A DNA stretch of 64,000 bases from assembly GCF_018350175.1 (NCBI RefSeq), contig NC_058369.1, positions 25,360,001-25,424,000 of the forward strand, in the 5' to 3' direction. The stretch comes from Felis catus (taxonomy: Eukaryota). A model generated the notes under the pieces. The model worked only from the letters and a program-made list of their open reading frames with translations, searched no databases and was not told the DNA's origin. A program made the position numbers and the translations under genes. Below are positions 1 through 12,900 of this stretch, piece by piece (position 1 is the stretch's first letter; each line of letters starts with the position of its first letter).

Positions 1-130
1 GAGGCTTGCATCAGGCTCCGTGCTGACAGCTCTGAATCTACTTGGGATTCTCTGTCTCCCTCTCTCTCTGCCCCTCCCCATCCCACTGTCTCTGTCTCTC
101 TCAAAATAAATAATAAACTAAAAAAAAAAG
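1..130 (+). mobile_element. CanSINE 3' half (cut by window edge)
   Basis: tgctgacagc...(CT)n, AAATAAAT and A-tail. Confidence 0.85.
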
Positions 131-477
131 TGTCATGAAGGTCTCATGTCTTTAAGCCTTAGGGCATCTGTCTTTCCCCACTTGCAAAAAACCCCCTAAA
201 TACAAACACAAGGTAATAACCCTTTCTTTTTTGGTACCTACACTATTTCTCCAGAATATAATAAATTATATTTGTTGATTTAAAAATTTTTGCTTTGGCC
301 ACAAAAGTCCCTAAATCAAAGCGATAGAATGCTAGCAAGGGTAATGGTAATAATGTTTAAAATAGTATCAGGATTCTCTAAGATAATGAGCATAGACTTC
401 TGATTTAGAAAATATTGGTTTCTTTAGATACCATAAACAGGAAAAATGCTTTAAAAGCATTAAAACATTTAATATTT

Positions 478-582
478 GGGGCATCTGGCTGGCTCAGTCG
501 GAAAAGCATGACTCTTGTTCTCGGGGTCATGAGTTTGAGTTTCACTTTGGGTGAGATGACTTAACTAAGTAAATAAACTTTC
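478..582 (+). mobile_element. Short/older CanSINE
   Basis: ggggcatctggctggctcagtcgg head with A-box; AT-rich tail. Confidence 0.75.
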
Positions 583-1380
583 AGGAAAAACATTTAATAT
601 TTAACAGTAAGTAATGAAAAGCATAATTATCTCATTTTGACTGAATGCTTATTGTGCCCAGCACTATTCAGAAAGTTCATTACCATCTTTACAACCCTAA
701 CATGTAGATTCTCTACATTAAGTCCCATATTTCAGATGATGGAATGGAAACACAGAGAAGTTAAGTAACTTGACTGAAGTCACAGAACTAGTAAAGAGTA
801 GAGCCTGAATTCAAAGCCAGCTAGGCTGGCTCCACAGGCCATGTCCATGAGCTTATGCCCATGCTTTTATTCACCTCCCCAAAGAAATGAATGATGCTGC
901 TTTGTTTCAAAGTTCTTGGCTTGGTCAAAGAAATTAATTTATTAATGTCCTCATCTTCCAAAAAGGAATCCAGGCAACCATAAACAAAATAAAGGCATAT
1001 ACAATTATCCTAAAAGTTAAATTTTTTTTCTTTTCACAGTTAAGAAGGTAGAAGTTATAGAATTTGCCTTTCTAAGGATTTATGTTTTGGCCACGAATTT
1101 ACATTCAAAGGATGCTGTGGCAAACATCATAAGCAACATGAACATCAAGATCAAAGGGTGGTATGCAGAGGCATGGTGAAGAATCAGTTGGTCCTTGCTG
1201 CCCATCTAACTCAGAACTTTTGATGCTACCTTTTCAATTGCCCAAAGCTTTCCCCAACTCTACCACTAGTTCTAATGTTTCAAAGTAGATAGAAGTGACT
1301 TAAGTTCCCAAAATATCAATTAACATACTCCTTTCTTGAATTTGACTCATCTCAGCTGGATGTTAGAAAACAAGTGAATT

Positions 1381-1620
1381 CTTGGGAATGCAAGCTGGTG
1401 CAGCCACTCTGGAAAACAGTATGGAGGTTCCTCAAAAAACTAAAAGTAGAACTACCCTATGACCCAGTAATTGCACTACTAGGTATTTATCCAAGGGATA
1501 CAGGTGTGCTGTTTCAAAGGGACACATGCACCCCCATGTTTATAGCAGCACTATCAACAATAGCCAAAGTATGGAAACAGCCCAAATGTCCCTCGATGGA
1601 TGAATGGATAAAGAAGATGT

Positions 1621-1666
<46 letters not shown>

Positions 1667-1706
1667 CATATATATATATGTGTATATATACATATATATA
1701 CATATA

Positions 1707-1741
<35 letters not shown>

Positions 1742-2140
1742 GAGTATTACTCGGCAATCAAAAAGAATGAAACCTTGCCATTTGCAACTACATGGATGGA
1801 ACTAGAGGGTATTATGCTAAGTGAAATTAGTCAGAGAAAGACAAAAATCATATGACTTCACTCATATGAGGACTTTAAGATACAAAACAGATTAACATAA
1901 GGGAAGGGAAGCAAAAAAATATAAAAACAGGGAGGGGGACAAAGCATGAGAGACTCATAAATATGGAGAACAAACAGAGGGTTACTGGAGGGGGTGTGGG
2001 AAGGGGGATGGGCTAAACGGGTAAGGGGCATTAAGAATCTACTCCTGAAATCATTGTTGTACTAAACGCTAACTAATTTGGATATAAACTAAAAAAATAA
2101 AATTAAAAAAAATAATTAATTTTTAAAAAGACTAAAAAAA
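1381..2140 (+). mobile_element. 5'-truncated LINE-1 (ORF2 C-terminus, 3'UTR, poly-A) with 16-bp target-site duplication
   Basis: Peptide [20 protein letters not shown]...[11 protein letters not shown] is typical of L1 ORF2; TSD agaaaacaagtgaatt at 1365-1380 and 2141-2156. Confidence 0.95.
1623..1741. repeat. (TA)n-rich microsatellite with TG/CA interruptions inside the L1
   Basis: Read directly. Confidence 0.95.
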
Positions 2141-2451
2141 AGAAAACAAGTGAATTGTGTATTAAAGTGAGTCACATTAACGAGTGATTTATTAGGTAAC
2201 ATCCAGAATTATTTGCATTATGCGTCACACTCTTAAAAGGAATATGAAGTCCTTAATTTCAGATTGATGGAGTGTCTAAGGGGATATTTGTAGGAAGGAG
2301 GATTCCCAACCTCTCTTAGGTGATTCTGGAAATGGTGCCCCTCTCACCATCCTCATCTGGAACCAAAAACTCTTTTCGTAAATGTTTATGTAACTCTTTA
2401 AATTTCCTAAAATACAAGCTTATTTGGGAAAGGGAAATGATTATTCTCCAT

Positions 2452-2557
2452 TAAAAAAAATATTTTATTTTTAAGTAATCTACACCCAACGTGGGGCTTG
2501 AACTCACAACCCAGAGATTAAGAGTCACATGCTTCAACTGAGCCAGCCAGATGCCCC
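2452..2557 (-). mobile_element. Short CanSINE with TSD ttattctcca
   Basis: Reverse-complement head ...actgagccagccagatgcccc; flanking direct repeat. Confidence 0.8.
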
Positions 2558-3971
2558 TGGTTATTCTCCATTTTGGATAGAGATTTTCAACATGTAGTTT
2601 GAAGATTATGTTTGAACTTATCAGGGATTCCCAGCCCCACCTCTGACCTACCACATTAGAATCTTCCAGCTGGGCTGAGGAATCTGTATCCTAACCATCT
2701 TCCTGAGATAACTTGTGTGTATGCACGAGTTTGGTAACCAGTAACCTACGGGGATAATGTTGAAGAGTAAAGCACCAGCATCGTTTGGATTGTTGGATTC
2801 TTTCCTATTATAGACCACAGACTAGAACTTCAAAAAGTATCATGTAAAAACCTAATTATAAGAAGATCAAACATAATTTTAGGAGGCTAATAATTAACAA
2901 ATCTATTTACAAGATTATATGTCCTTTTGTTGTAAATTATATGGAAACATCTCAATGAATTATATGTGTGAAACATCTCAAAGAATTCTTTAGTGGGTGT
3001 TGTTTAATCCTGCCTTGCCTTCCATAAAATTAACCAGCTGGCCAAAGTTTTTACTATCCTACCCACAGGAGTCTACAGTAACCCCCAAGGCATTCTCTGA
3101 ACAATCCTTATTTCCTGTATAAAAGGAACTGAATTTGGTCAACTGTACAGAACTTCAGCTGATTACACTGAAAGTGTTTACCAAAGGAGACTGAATTCTG
3201 GAGTTCTAGAAATGTTTTAAAAGAGTAAATACAATCATTTTTTTGGATGAGCAGAATAGCCTAAAGGTAGAGGATCCAAAAAGAAGGCCTAGTAAGATTC
3301 TTTCTAGTTTTGTAATTTGACTAAACTGCCTCTCCATCCAATTGAATGTCAACTTATTTTTGTTTTCATTTTTTTAAGTCTGCCCCTCCACCCCCGTTTC
3401 ATTTTTTAATTGGCTAAAACTGGCAAGAATTCCTTGCCGCTCCCTCTTGAGAATCCTTTACAAATACAGTTTAGACGCGCATAAATACAAAAAAGGAAAC
3501 CACTTAACTGGATGATAATACACCACCCAGATAACTCAGATACCTAACAGAATTTTTCACCGAGTTGTTTGGTTTGGCCAAGTTAACTGACCAAGCCCCT
3601 TCAGTTACAACGTATAATTACTCTTCTTTCTCACACTTGTTTTTACTTGTCACTTACTCTTGATTCTTATCAATTGCTACAACTTTTCTTCTCCTTCATT
3701 TATAAGCTAAGTCACTGTTCAACCAAGAAGGTCACTTACCTTGAAAGTCTTTCTTCTTTAGAATGAGGTTGCATGCCACTGTGCTGACAGAGTAGAAAGC
3801 AAATATCAAAGGAAAGAGTTGAGTTGGATTGCTGGAATCTGTACAATGCTGAATACATTGAAGCAGCTGGGAACCAGGAACACTCAGTAATAACTGATTC
3901 CAGACCACCTTTCAAAATCTAAAAATCTCTTCTGGAGGGGGAGTAGTGGATAATCAATTTAAGGGGAGAAC

Positions 3972-4527
3972 TCTTTTTTTTTTTAAGTTTATTTATTTAT
4001 TTTGAGAGCGCTCACACAGCATTAGCAGAGGAGGGGCAGAGAGGGAGAAAGAGAATAAGGGGAGAAGGCTTTATTTTTCTTAAGTTTATTTATTTTGGGG
4101 AGACAAAGCACAAGTGGGGGAGGGGCGGGGGGGGTGCGGGGAAGACACAGAATCCGAAGCAGGCTTCAGGCTCTGAGCCGTCAGCACAGAGCCCAAAACA
4201 GAGCTCTAACTCTTGAATGGTGAGATCATGACCTGAGCCAAAATCAGATGCTCAACTGACTGAGCCACCCAGGTGCCCCCGGGGAGAACACTTATTTAAA
4301 GCTTATAACACTAAGGATAATTCTGTGAAGTTAGAGTGCACTCTACTTGGTAAAACTTTTTAAAACAATGTTTATTTATTCATGTTTGAGAGAGAGAAGG
4401 AGACAGATAATCCCAAGCAGGATCCGCGCTGTGAGAGCAAAGCTCCACTTGGGGCTGGAACTCTCAACCCTGAGATCATGATCTGAGCTGAGTCAGATGC
4501 TTAACCAACCAAGCCACCCAGGTGTCC
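3972..4527 (-). mobile_element. Cluster of three minus-strand CanSINEs (~3972-4058 partial, ~4072-4280, ~4361-4527)
   Basis: Poly-T tails, gagccacccaggtgcccc-type heads; TSD-like ggggagaa and ctacttggtaaaa. Confidence 0.88.
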
Positions 4528-4550
4528 CTACTTGGTAAAATTTTTTGAAT

Positions 4551-4800
4551 CAGATTTTGTCTTTCCTTCAAGAGATCATGGGAAACTCTAGCATTTTAGT
4601 TTAAATTATGCAGCTTCTGTTCCCGTTCTCGTATTTGTTCTACTGTATCTGGATTTGAAAAATTCAGTAAAACTTTTAAAACCAGATTTAATCTTTCCTT
4701 CAAGAGATCAGGGAAACTCTAGCATTTTAGTTTAAAAAATGTAACTTCCATTCTTGTTCCTGTATTTGGATTTGTTCTACTCTGTCTGGATTTGTTCCAG
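4551..4800 (+). repeat. Diverged ~130-bp direct tandem duplication
   Basis: tctttccttcaagagatca(t)gggaaactctagcattttagtttaaa...tttgttctact..tctggatttg at ~4560 and again at ~4692. Confidence 0.9.
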
Positions 4801-4951
4801 TGTATCTGTGGAACCAGGCAACTAAGAATCTTTACTCAGCATTTTTATATTTCTTGAATGCAAATAGAATGGATTGGTGGGATTAATGGCTAGAGTGTTA
4901 GAGGACACTTATGATTTTGCCATTTTCTTTGTATACTGATGAAAGCTTCTT

Positions 4952-5165
4952 AAAAATTTTTTTTTTCAACGTTTATTTTTGGGACAGAGAGAGACAGAGC
5001 ATGAACGGGGGAGGGGCAGAGAGAGAGGGAGACACAGAATCGGAAACAGGCTCCAGGCTCTGAGCCATCAGCCCAGAGCCCGACGCGGGGCTCGAACTCA
5101 CGGACCGTGAGATCGTGACCTGGCTGAAGCCGGACGCTTAACCGACTGCGCCACCCAGGCGCCCC
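4952..5165 (-). mobile_element. Young felid CanSINE (SINEC_Fc-like)
   Basis: CpG-rich near-consensus copy; TSD tgaaagcttcttaaa at 4940 and 5166. Confidence 0.95.
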
Positions 5166-5849
5166 TGAAAGCTTCTTAAATAGCTCTACAGAGAAACGAG
5201 ACAGTGTGAGGTTCGGTAAGTTGGACAAAGAAGCAGTTCTAATCCAGACCAGGTTCTGGAATTAGAATATCACTTTATTGTAAAATTAGAGGCTGAAGAA
5301 GCTATTTAAATCTTCCAAAACTTTTTGACCCCAAAGAAATGCTAATCAGTTACCGACATAATTAACCAGTGTATCCTGATCTTTAAAAGGTGCTTTCATC
5401 TATGATTTAAAGGAAATATGGAAGTCTGAGTTGAGGCATGATAGCCCTTCAAGGCCAGGGAAGAATTGATGAATTGACAACAAAGTCACATGTTTTTAAC
5501 CGGATATACTGATATCCAAGTGCCCAGAAAAACAATTGAGAGTCTACTACTGTCCATGAATTTACTGGAAAGCACTGTTAATGGCACAACTAGGGATCTC
5601 ACAGATCTTTGAATTAGCCAGCACCATTTTGTGGGAGAGTGGGGGGTGGGGGGGGCTAGCCTGGACGCTTCGGGCAGGGTTGGGAAGATGATAGTTTGAT
5701 GCAGCTAAAGAAAGGGCCCCCGCAACAGGGTCTCTTCCGTGGTCTCCGACGAAAAATGTTGGGGGAGAAGTAAAATCGCCCCAGACTCCCACTGTGGTCC
5801 TCCTCACTCAATGTTCTGGTTTCCGGAGACTTTCGTTGGCGGCGGTGGG

Positions 5850-6950
5850 GGGGGGGTTGACGGTCCCCTACAATTTACATGAAAATGCGCGCGCACGGTG
5901 TAGATGGCCGCTGTGAGCGGGCAGCGCCACCCCCCAAGCCGCTGCTCACCGCAAAGCCCAACGCGGAGGAGGAAGCTCCGGACCAGCCCCGCCGCGCTGA
6001 TGGGCGTCGCCACGAGCCAATGGGTGCGCAGGGAGGCGGGGCAGGGTGGCCGAGGGGGTGGGATTTCCCGCGCGGCCGCTAGGCGCCTGGCGAGAGCTGC
6101 GCGGGCGGCGACGGCGGCCGCGCCTGCGAGAGAGGGCGGGTCGGGGTCAGCTGCTGCAGGCGGGCGGGCGGGAGCGGGGAGCTGTGGGCGGCCGCCGTGT
6201 CTCCTGCCACCGCCCTCCCTCCGCCACGATGCCGGGAATCGACAAGCTGCCCATCGAGGAGACGCTGGAGGACAGCCCGCAGGTGAGGCGCGGGCGGCGG
6301 CGGACGGCGAGGGAAAGAGCAGGGCGGGCCGACCCCAGGCCCGGCGCCGCCGCGGCCGCAGGTGCCCGCCCCGGACCAGGTGGGCGCCGCCGCCCAGTGT
6401 CCCCGCCCGTCGCGGGCCGCGCCCCGAGCCGCCGCGGCCCGGCCGCCAGCCGGAGGCCCGCGTGGGCCTGCGCGGCTGGGCCGAGAGCCGCGCGCGCGGG
6501 GTCCGGACGTCGGAGGGAGGCGACCGAGCCTCCGCCGCCTTCGCTCGTGGGCCCTGCGGTCACGTACGCGCGCGGGGCTCCCTTGTATTTGGTGAAAGGT
6601 GCATTTTTATCGCTGTAACATGAGGCGATAAATCTCAGTCCTGGGATTTTCTCCCCGAAGGTCTCTTCGGAGGAAATGCAGGAGAAAAAACCCTGTGGAC
6701 TTATTACATGGTTTCTGAGCGAGCTAGGGAAGGAAATGGATAGTTTTTCTTCGGGAGATGCTGGCAGGCTGCTGATTTGCCCGCGTGGAGAGTCATCGGC
6801 GAAGCCCGTCACGTGCCCGGGAGCCTCCCCGAGGAGTGTGTCCAGTGTCGCGGCCGCGACGGTAGCCGCTGTCACCCGAGCGGTGCACGGCTTGTGATGG
6901 ACCGCGCCTTCGCGGCTGCAAGACTGCTGCGCGAAATGGTGCAGACTTGG
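5850..6950. promoter_or_regulatory. CpG island / TATA-less promoter of APPL1
   Basis: Very GC- and CpG-rich. NRF1-like palindrome TGCGCGCGCA 5886-5895, YY1-like AGATGGCCGC ~5902, CCAAT box AGCCAATGG 6015-6023, GC box GGAGGCGGGG ~6032-6041, GGGATTTCCC 6060-6069 overlapping E2F-type TTTCCCGC 6064-6071. Confidence 0.92.
6229..6282 (+). CDS. APPL1: APPL1 exon 1 coding part ([18 protein letters not shown])
   Basis: gccacgATG context; donor CAG|gtgagg. Confidence 0.97.
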
Positions 6951-9900
6951 CCCTAATAAACTCATCAAAATAAAAGCCCCGTGTTTCGTGTGTTTGGGGG
7001 CAAGGCTAGCGTGGTTGCCTTAGCTTAAAACAGTCTAGAGAAACGTGTTCAATACCGAAGAATGAAATGAGTTCTGTTAAAAACATGTTGGTAGGCGCTG
7101 TAACTTGCGTTGAGAAACATCATCCCTAAGCCTGTCTTTCACGGAATAATTTAAGCGATTTAAGATGATGTTGCTGGTTGTCTACCCCTCAGAACGAAAA
7201 AAATTTCCTGAAATGGTGTTCGTTCAGAACAACAGTGGCACATATATCATGTGTCTTCATAGTTTAATATAGCCCCAAAAGATCAGGAAGAAGGGGCTAG
7301 ATCCCCTGGCCTGTGTGACACCTCTGCCATGACTTTGTGCCAGTAATAATCGCCAAGTTGAAGTTGGGCTCTGATCGTGGAATTGATTTTTTTTTTTTCC
7401 TATGGGGAAAGTTACCTTCACAAGCCAGTTGTTTGCTGGTAATGTATTCTTATCAGCCTAAACTGACAGAAACCCACGTCTTCGCTTGTCTGGACCGCCC
7501 CAATAACTATTTCAAATTCTTAATGATTTCTGTAGTATAAAGTTAGAAATTATGTTTGTTTCAGATGTTTTGCAAAAATTTTGTGGCATGTATTGGTCAG
7601 GTGCACCCTGTCATTTTACTTTTATTATAGAAGACTCAACAGGTTGCCTTACCTTTCTTTCTTTCCTTGCCTGGTTTTTATGGCCCATAAAGATTATACA
7701 AAATCCCGGAATGGGTAGCACAGTGCTCTCGCCATGACTTGTGAAGAGGATGTAATCTGACTCATCTAATTTCTTGAACTTTTCACACAGTTAGTTTACA
7801 ACTTGAGCATTCGTGTTTGTTTGCTTTTTTATAAGGGTGCGCCATATCAGTATCAGTTTTATGGTAATTTTTAATGAAATAGCCACATTGCTCTTCTTTC
7901 AGTTTTTAGAAGTGGTAAATTTGAACTAGGTAATATTGACTTGGGAAAATTAGTTGGGACAAATGGGATTTAGAAAGGAAAGATATTGGAAGTAGTCCTT
8001 AGGGAGAACTTGTGGTAGGATGGAAAGCCCTAAATCTGGGACTAAGGGTATAAGGGTTTTTAGTCCTTCACTGACACTTGACTTGCTTTAGAGCAAGTCA
8101 CTCAACGTCTCCGCGTCTCAGTGTTACAGTGAACGTTTTTATTTTTGTACCTGATTATGAAAATCATAGTTATGTGCTTCAGAAAAACTGAAAGGGACAG
8201 AAAACAGTTACCTGTCTTTTCCGAGGCAGCAAACCCTATTAACAGTTTTACTTGTTCCTAGCTTTCTCTTACATACTTTAATGTATTTGAAGTTATATTG
8301 TGCATAACAATTTTTATTTGGCTTTAACTTAACATTACAGGGTAAGTGTTCACATATCCTTCATTCTGAATAAAAAAAATTAAAGGCTGCATGTTTCCTT
8401 AACTGATTTAACAGTTGTCCTATTGTTGGACTTAGAGATTTTTCCCAAGTTTTGTTTTTATATATAGGACTTCGGTTAATGCTTTGGGACATGAATTTTT
8501 GTTCTCATTTGGACTACTGACACAGGATAGAGTCCAAGAAGTTGAATAACAAAGAGTATGCAAACTTTTAAAGCTCCTGCTATAGATAAGTTCTTTTTTA
8601 TTTTCAAATTTTTATTTAAATTCTAGTTAACATACAGTGCAACAAACATATTGGTTTTAGGAGTAGAATTCAGTGATTCATCACTTATATACAATACTCA
8701 GTACTCATCATAACAAGTGCCCTCCTTAATACCCATCACCTGTCTAGCCCTTTCCCCACCCACTTCCCTCCATCAACCCTCAGTTTGTTCTGTCTTTAAG
8801 AGACTCTCATGGTTTGTTTCCTGCTCTTTTCTCTTTTCCCCCTCCTGTATGTTCATCTGTTTTGTTTCTTAAATTCCATATATGAGTGAGATCATATGGC
8901 ATTTCTCTGTCTCTTATTTCATTTAGCATAGTACACTCTAGCTCTACCCACATGGCTGCAAATGGCAGGATTTCATTCTTTTTGATGGCTGAGTAATATT
9001 CCATGCACACACACATGCATACATATATACCTACCACATCTTCTTTATCCATCTTCAGTTGATGGATATTTGGGCTCTCTCCATAGTTTGGCTATTATTG
9101 ATGATGTTGCTATAAACATCAGGGTGCACGTACCCCTTCGAATCTGTATTTTTGTATCCTTTGGGTAAATGTTGAGTAGTGCAGTTGCTGGATGGAAGGG
9201 TGGTTCTGTTTTTAGTTTTTTGAGGAACCTCTAACTGTTCTCCAGAGTGGCTGCACCAGTTTGCATTCCCACCAACAGTGTAAGAGGGTTCCCCTTTCTC
9301 TGCATCCTCATCAACACCTGTTGTTTCCTGTGTTGTTAATTTTAGCCATTCTGACAGATGTGAGGTGGTGTCTCATCATGGTTTTGATTTGTATTTCCTT
9401 GATGATGAGTGATGTTGAGCATCTTTTCATGTGTCTGTTAGCTATGTTTGGCTTCTTTGGAAGAATGTCTATGCATGTCTTCTGCCCATTTCTTAACTGG
9501 ATTTTTTTTTTATGTTATTATATTTTTGAGAGAAAGAGCATGCATGAGCAGGGGAAGGACAGAGAGAGAAGGAGAGAGAGATCCCAAGCAGGCTCCACAC
9601 TGTCAGCCCAGAGCCCGAAGTGGGACTCAAACTTACGAACCATGAGATCATGACCTGAGCCGAAATCAAGAGTCAAATGCTTGACTGAGCTATCCAGGCA
9701 CCCCTGGATTATTTGTTTTTTGGGTGTTTTATAAGTTCTTTTTAGATTTTGAATACCAGCCCTTTATCAGATATGTTGTTTGCCGATATCTTCCCCCTTT
9801 CTGTAGGCTGCCTTTTAGTTTTGTTGATTGTTTCCTTTGTATAGACAAGGTTTTCTTTGTTTTGTTTTTAATTTTTTTGAAGTTTATTCATATTTGAGAG

Positions 9901-12900
9901 AGACAGAATGAGCGGGAAAGGGGCAGAGAGAGAGGGAGACACAGAATCTGAAGCGGGCTCCAGGCTCTGAGCTGTTGGCACAGAGCCCAACATGGGGCTC
10001 GAACTCACGAACTGTGAGATCATGACCTGAGCCGGAAGTCAGACGCTTAACTGACTACGCTGCTCAGGCACCCCTCTAGATAAGTGTTTATTTAAATCAT
10101 TTGATCCTAATCAAAAGTGGCTTGTCAGTTGCTATGTAAAAAGGTTAGAGCCTTGGAGTCATGAAAGGCTATCCTGAATTACAGTTATCTTTTTTTAGTT
10201 TTGATTTATAGTAACTATTAAAATAGAGAGGAATTTGCAAGTTCAAATCCAGCTGTTTGGATATAAACATCTTTAGAATTATCTTGCCCAAACAATCTCT
10301 TGTTCTGCAAATGATCATATTATTTGTTGAGAAAGGAAATCTTTAAGGCTATACTATACTAGCTGCCTTGTCCATACTTACATATTGTTTTGAAAATCAG
10401 GAGCAAAATGAAACTTGCTAGTTATTAAGAACAGATATGAACCTTTAAAAATAATTGTATAGATAAATACCAGTGACTCTTCAGTGCTGGAACTATGAAG
10501 ATAAAACTCCAGTGCCAACTGGCATAATATGGAATACTCATTTCTTTCTTTGGCATAACATGGAATACTCATAGATTATAAGACATACCTTTTTTTCTTT
10601 TCCCACATTTTAACATGTCTGATATTGAGATAAATGCCCCTTACAGTTGATAATGTTTTATGTGTAATTGGTTGCAAATGTACACACATGGTTGTTTCTC
10701 CTAGTGGTATGACTGGTCAAGTGCAACCTCTCAGTGTTCAGGCAATTTGAAGGATTATCAGTCCTCTTTATTGTCTGAAAATATTCCTTTGACTCCTGCT
10801 GGAATGAACCAAGTACTGCCATCAAAGTTTGCTGAATCGGTATCAATGGTTTGGAAGAAAGTACTGGGGGCAAAAGTGAGCACTTGTAAGAAATACTTGT
10901 CACGTCCCCATGGCACAGAATAATATTGGATGGGAAAACATGGGTATTGATGATTCTTCTGTCAAAAAGTGACTCAAAAGAGTTGAACTCTGAAGAAGTG
11001 TTAGGATTATATTAAATTCATGCTGTTTGTGTTTTGCTTTTATGTTTATATTAATTATATATAAAATTAATTATATATGATATATATAATTATATATAAA
11101 AATGTTTAAAGGTCTATTTCCACAAATATAAAGTAAAAATTACAAGACAGAAGAATACCTCAAATCATAGCTTAATTGCTGGCATTGTTTTGTTGTAGTA
11201 GTATTTAAAAAGAGTGCAGCTCACAGTGGATGCCATCATAGATTCAATGAAATGGTACCACATTGATGTACTTTTTATAAGGTGCTAGCTAGATATAACT
11301 AGCTTTAAGTAGGGAACCCATTTTAACACTGGGCTAAGGAGATATTTTTAATTTAAGTCCACTACAGGTTTTTGCATAAATGTGTAATTCCTTGAATTAG
11401 AATAATTTTGGGGAAACAAAACGAAATGGCAGATTTTTCTTTGGAATGGCACTAAGTCAAACAAGATTTCTTAATGCTTTCTTTTTTACATCTTAAAATA
11501 GCACTGTGGGGAATAGGGGTGGGGCACAGAGCTAAAAAAGTAGAAAGATTCTCTGTCAGATCTAAATATCTGGGGCATGGGGGAGTAGAGGACTGACGAC
11601 ATGGACTTCATATATTGGCATAATGATTTTGTCCCCCCGCCCCTCCTTTTCAAAACTGTGTTGACTTAGCTTTCTTTTCTGAAAATAGGAAACTAAAGAA
11701 TAAGTTGATTTTTAAAAACCACTTTCTAAGGCTGAGACATAAATGAACTATTTGTAGAATAAAAATACAAGGTCATCTTTTAGATTTTAAGCTGCAGTTA
11801 TCGCAATAGTTGTTAATATTTTCATTCTTTCTCTGCCTTTAGGATATGAAAAAGTGAGTATACCTTGCCTTGATTTGCTGAGTTTCTTTATCGCTATCCT
11901 TCTTATTGACAGTCTTAACACTTACTTAAAAAAATTCCCCTTAATACGAAGGGGAAATTCTTAGTGCGTTAAAAAAAAAAAAAAAAAAAGAAAAAAGAAG
12001 CCTAACAATATAGACAAGTGTAAAGAAGAAGAAAACAATAAACCCTCAAATTCTGTACTCTTTATAAGTTAGTATTTAATTGGCCATGTAATGGGGCTCC
12101 TGGGTGTCTCAGTCAATTGGTCGGGCATTTGACTTTGGCTCAGGTCATGATCTCGCAGTCCATGGGTTCGAGCCCCGCGTCGGGCTCTGTGCTGACAGCT
12201 CAGAGCCTGGAGCCTGTTTCGGATTCTGTGTCTCCCTCTCTCTTTGCCCCTCCTCTGCTCATCCTGTCTCTCTCTCTCTTTCTCTCTCTCTCAAAAATAA
12301 ATAAACATTAAAAAAAATTTTTTTAATCGGCTCTGTTAGGGTTGGGTACTATGTTATTTTGAATTAGGACGGGGAGGGCTTTGGCTACTCCAAGAGAACA
12401 TGGAAAAAGAGAAATAATCATAAGTTATCTGAATAATAAGAAATAAGTTATCCTGAAATAAGACATTTAAAATATTTATACATGGAATACTGTTAATTAG
12501 CCTTGAATGTTTTTGTTGGTTTGTTCTTAGTTTAATCACAGGCTTTTTTTAATTCATAAAAATACACCTTTGTTCCTTCTAAAGTTTGTGTGCTGTAGTT
12601 GGAAAATCCCTGCGTTTTGGTGAAGTGAAATTGAGAACAAAGAACCCCAGCATCTTGGCATTACTATCAAAAGAGAGAAAATAGATTAAAACTCAGAATT
12701 ATTAGAGCTCCAGTGTCCTAGAATTTTTCCTTCCTCTAGAAAAAAAATTTTCTATTTGATTTATATAATGGTGACCTAAACTTACTGCTTTTATTTTATA
12801 CAGACAAGGTCTTTACTGGGTGTATTTGAAGAAGATGCTACAGCTATTTCCAACTATATGAACCAGTTGTACCAAGCTATGCATCGGATTTATGATGCAC

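Noticed and set aside
1374..1855. ORFs with YIYIYI repeats
   Set aside because: L1 ORF2 tail plus a translated (TA)n microsatellite.
1..5800. HESX1 coding exons
   Set aside because: No homeodomain or eh1 coding sequence seen; any coding part lies outside the window.
5904..6968. Long ORFs over the CpG island (239 aa +, 190 aa +, 273 aa -)
   Set aside because: Ala/Arg/Gly/Pro-rich frames expected where GC content suppresses stop codons; only 6229-6282 is recognisable coding sequence.
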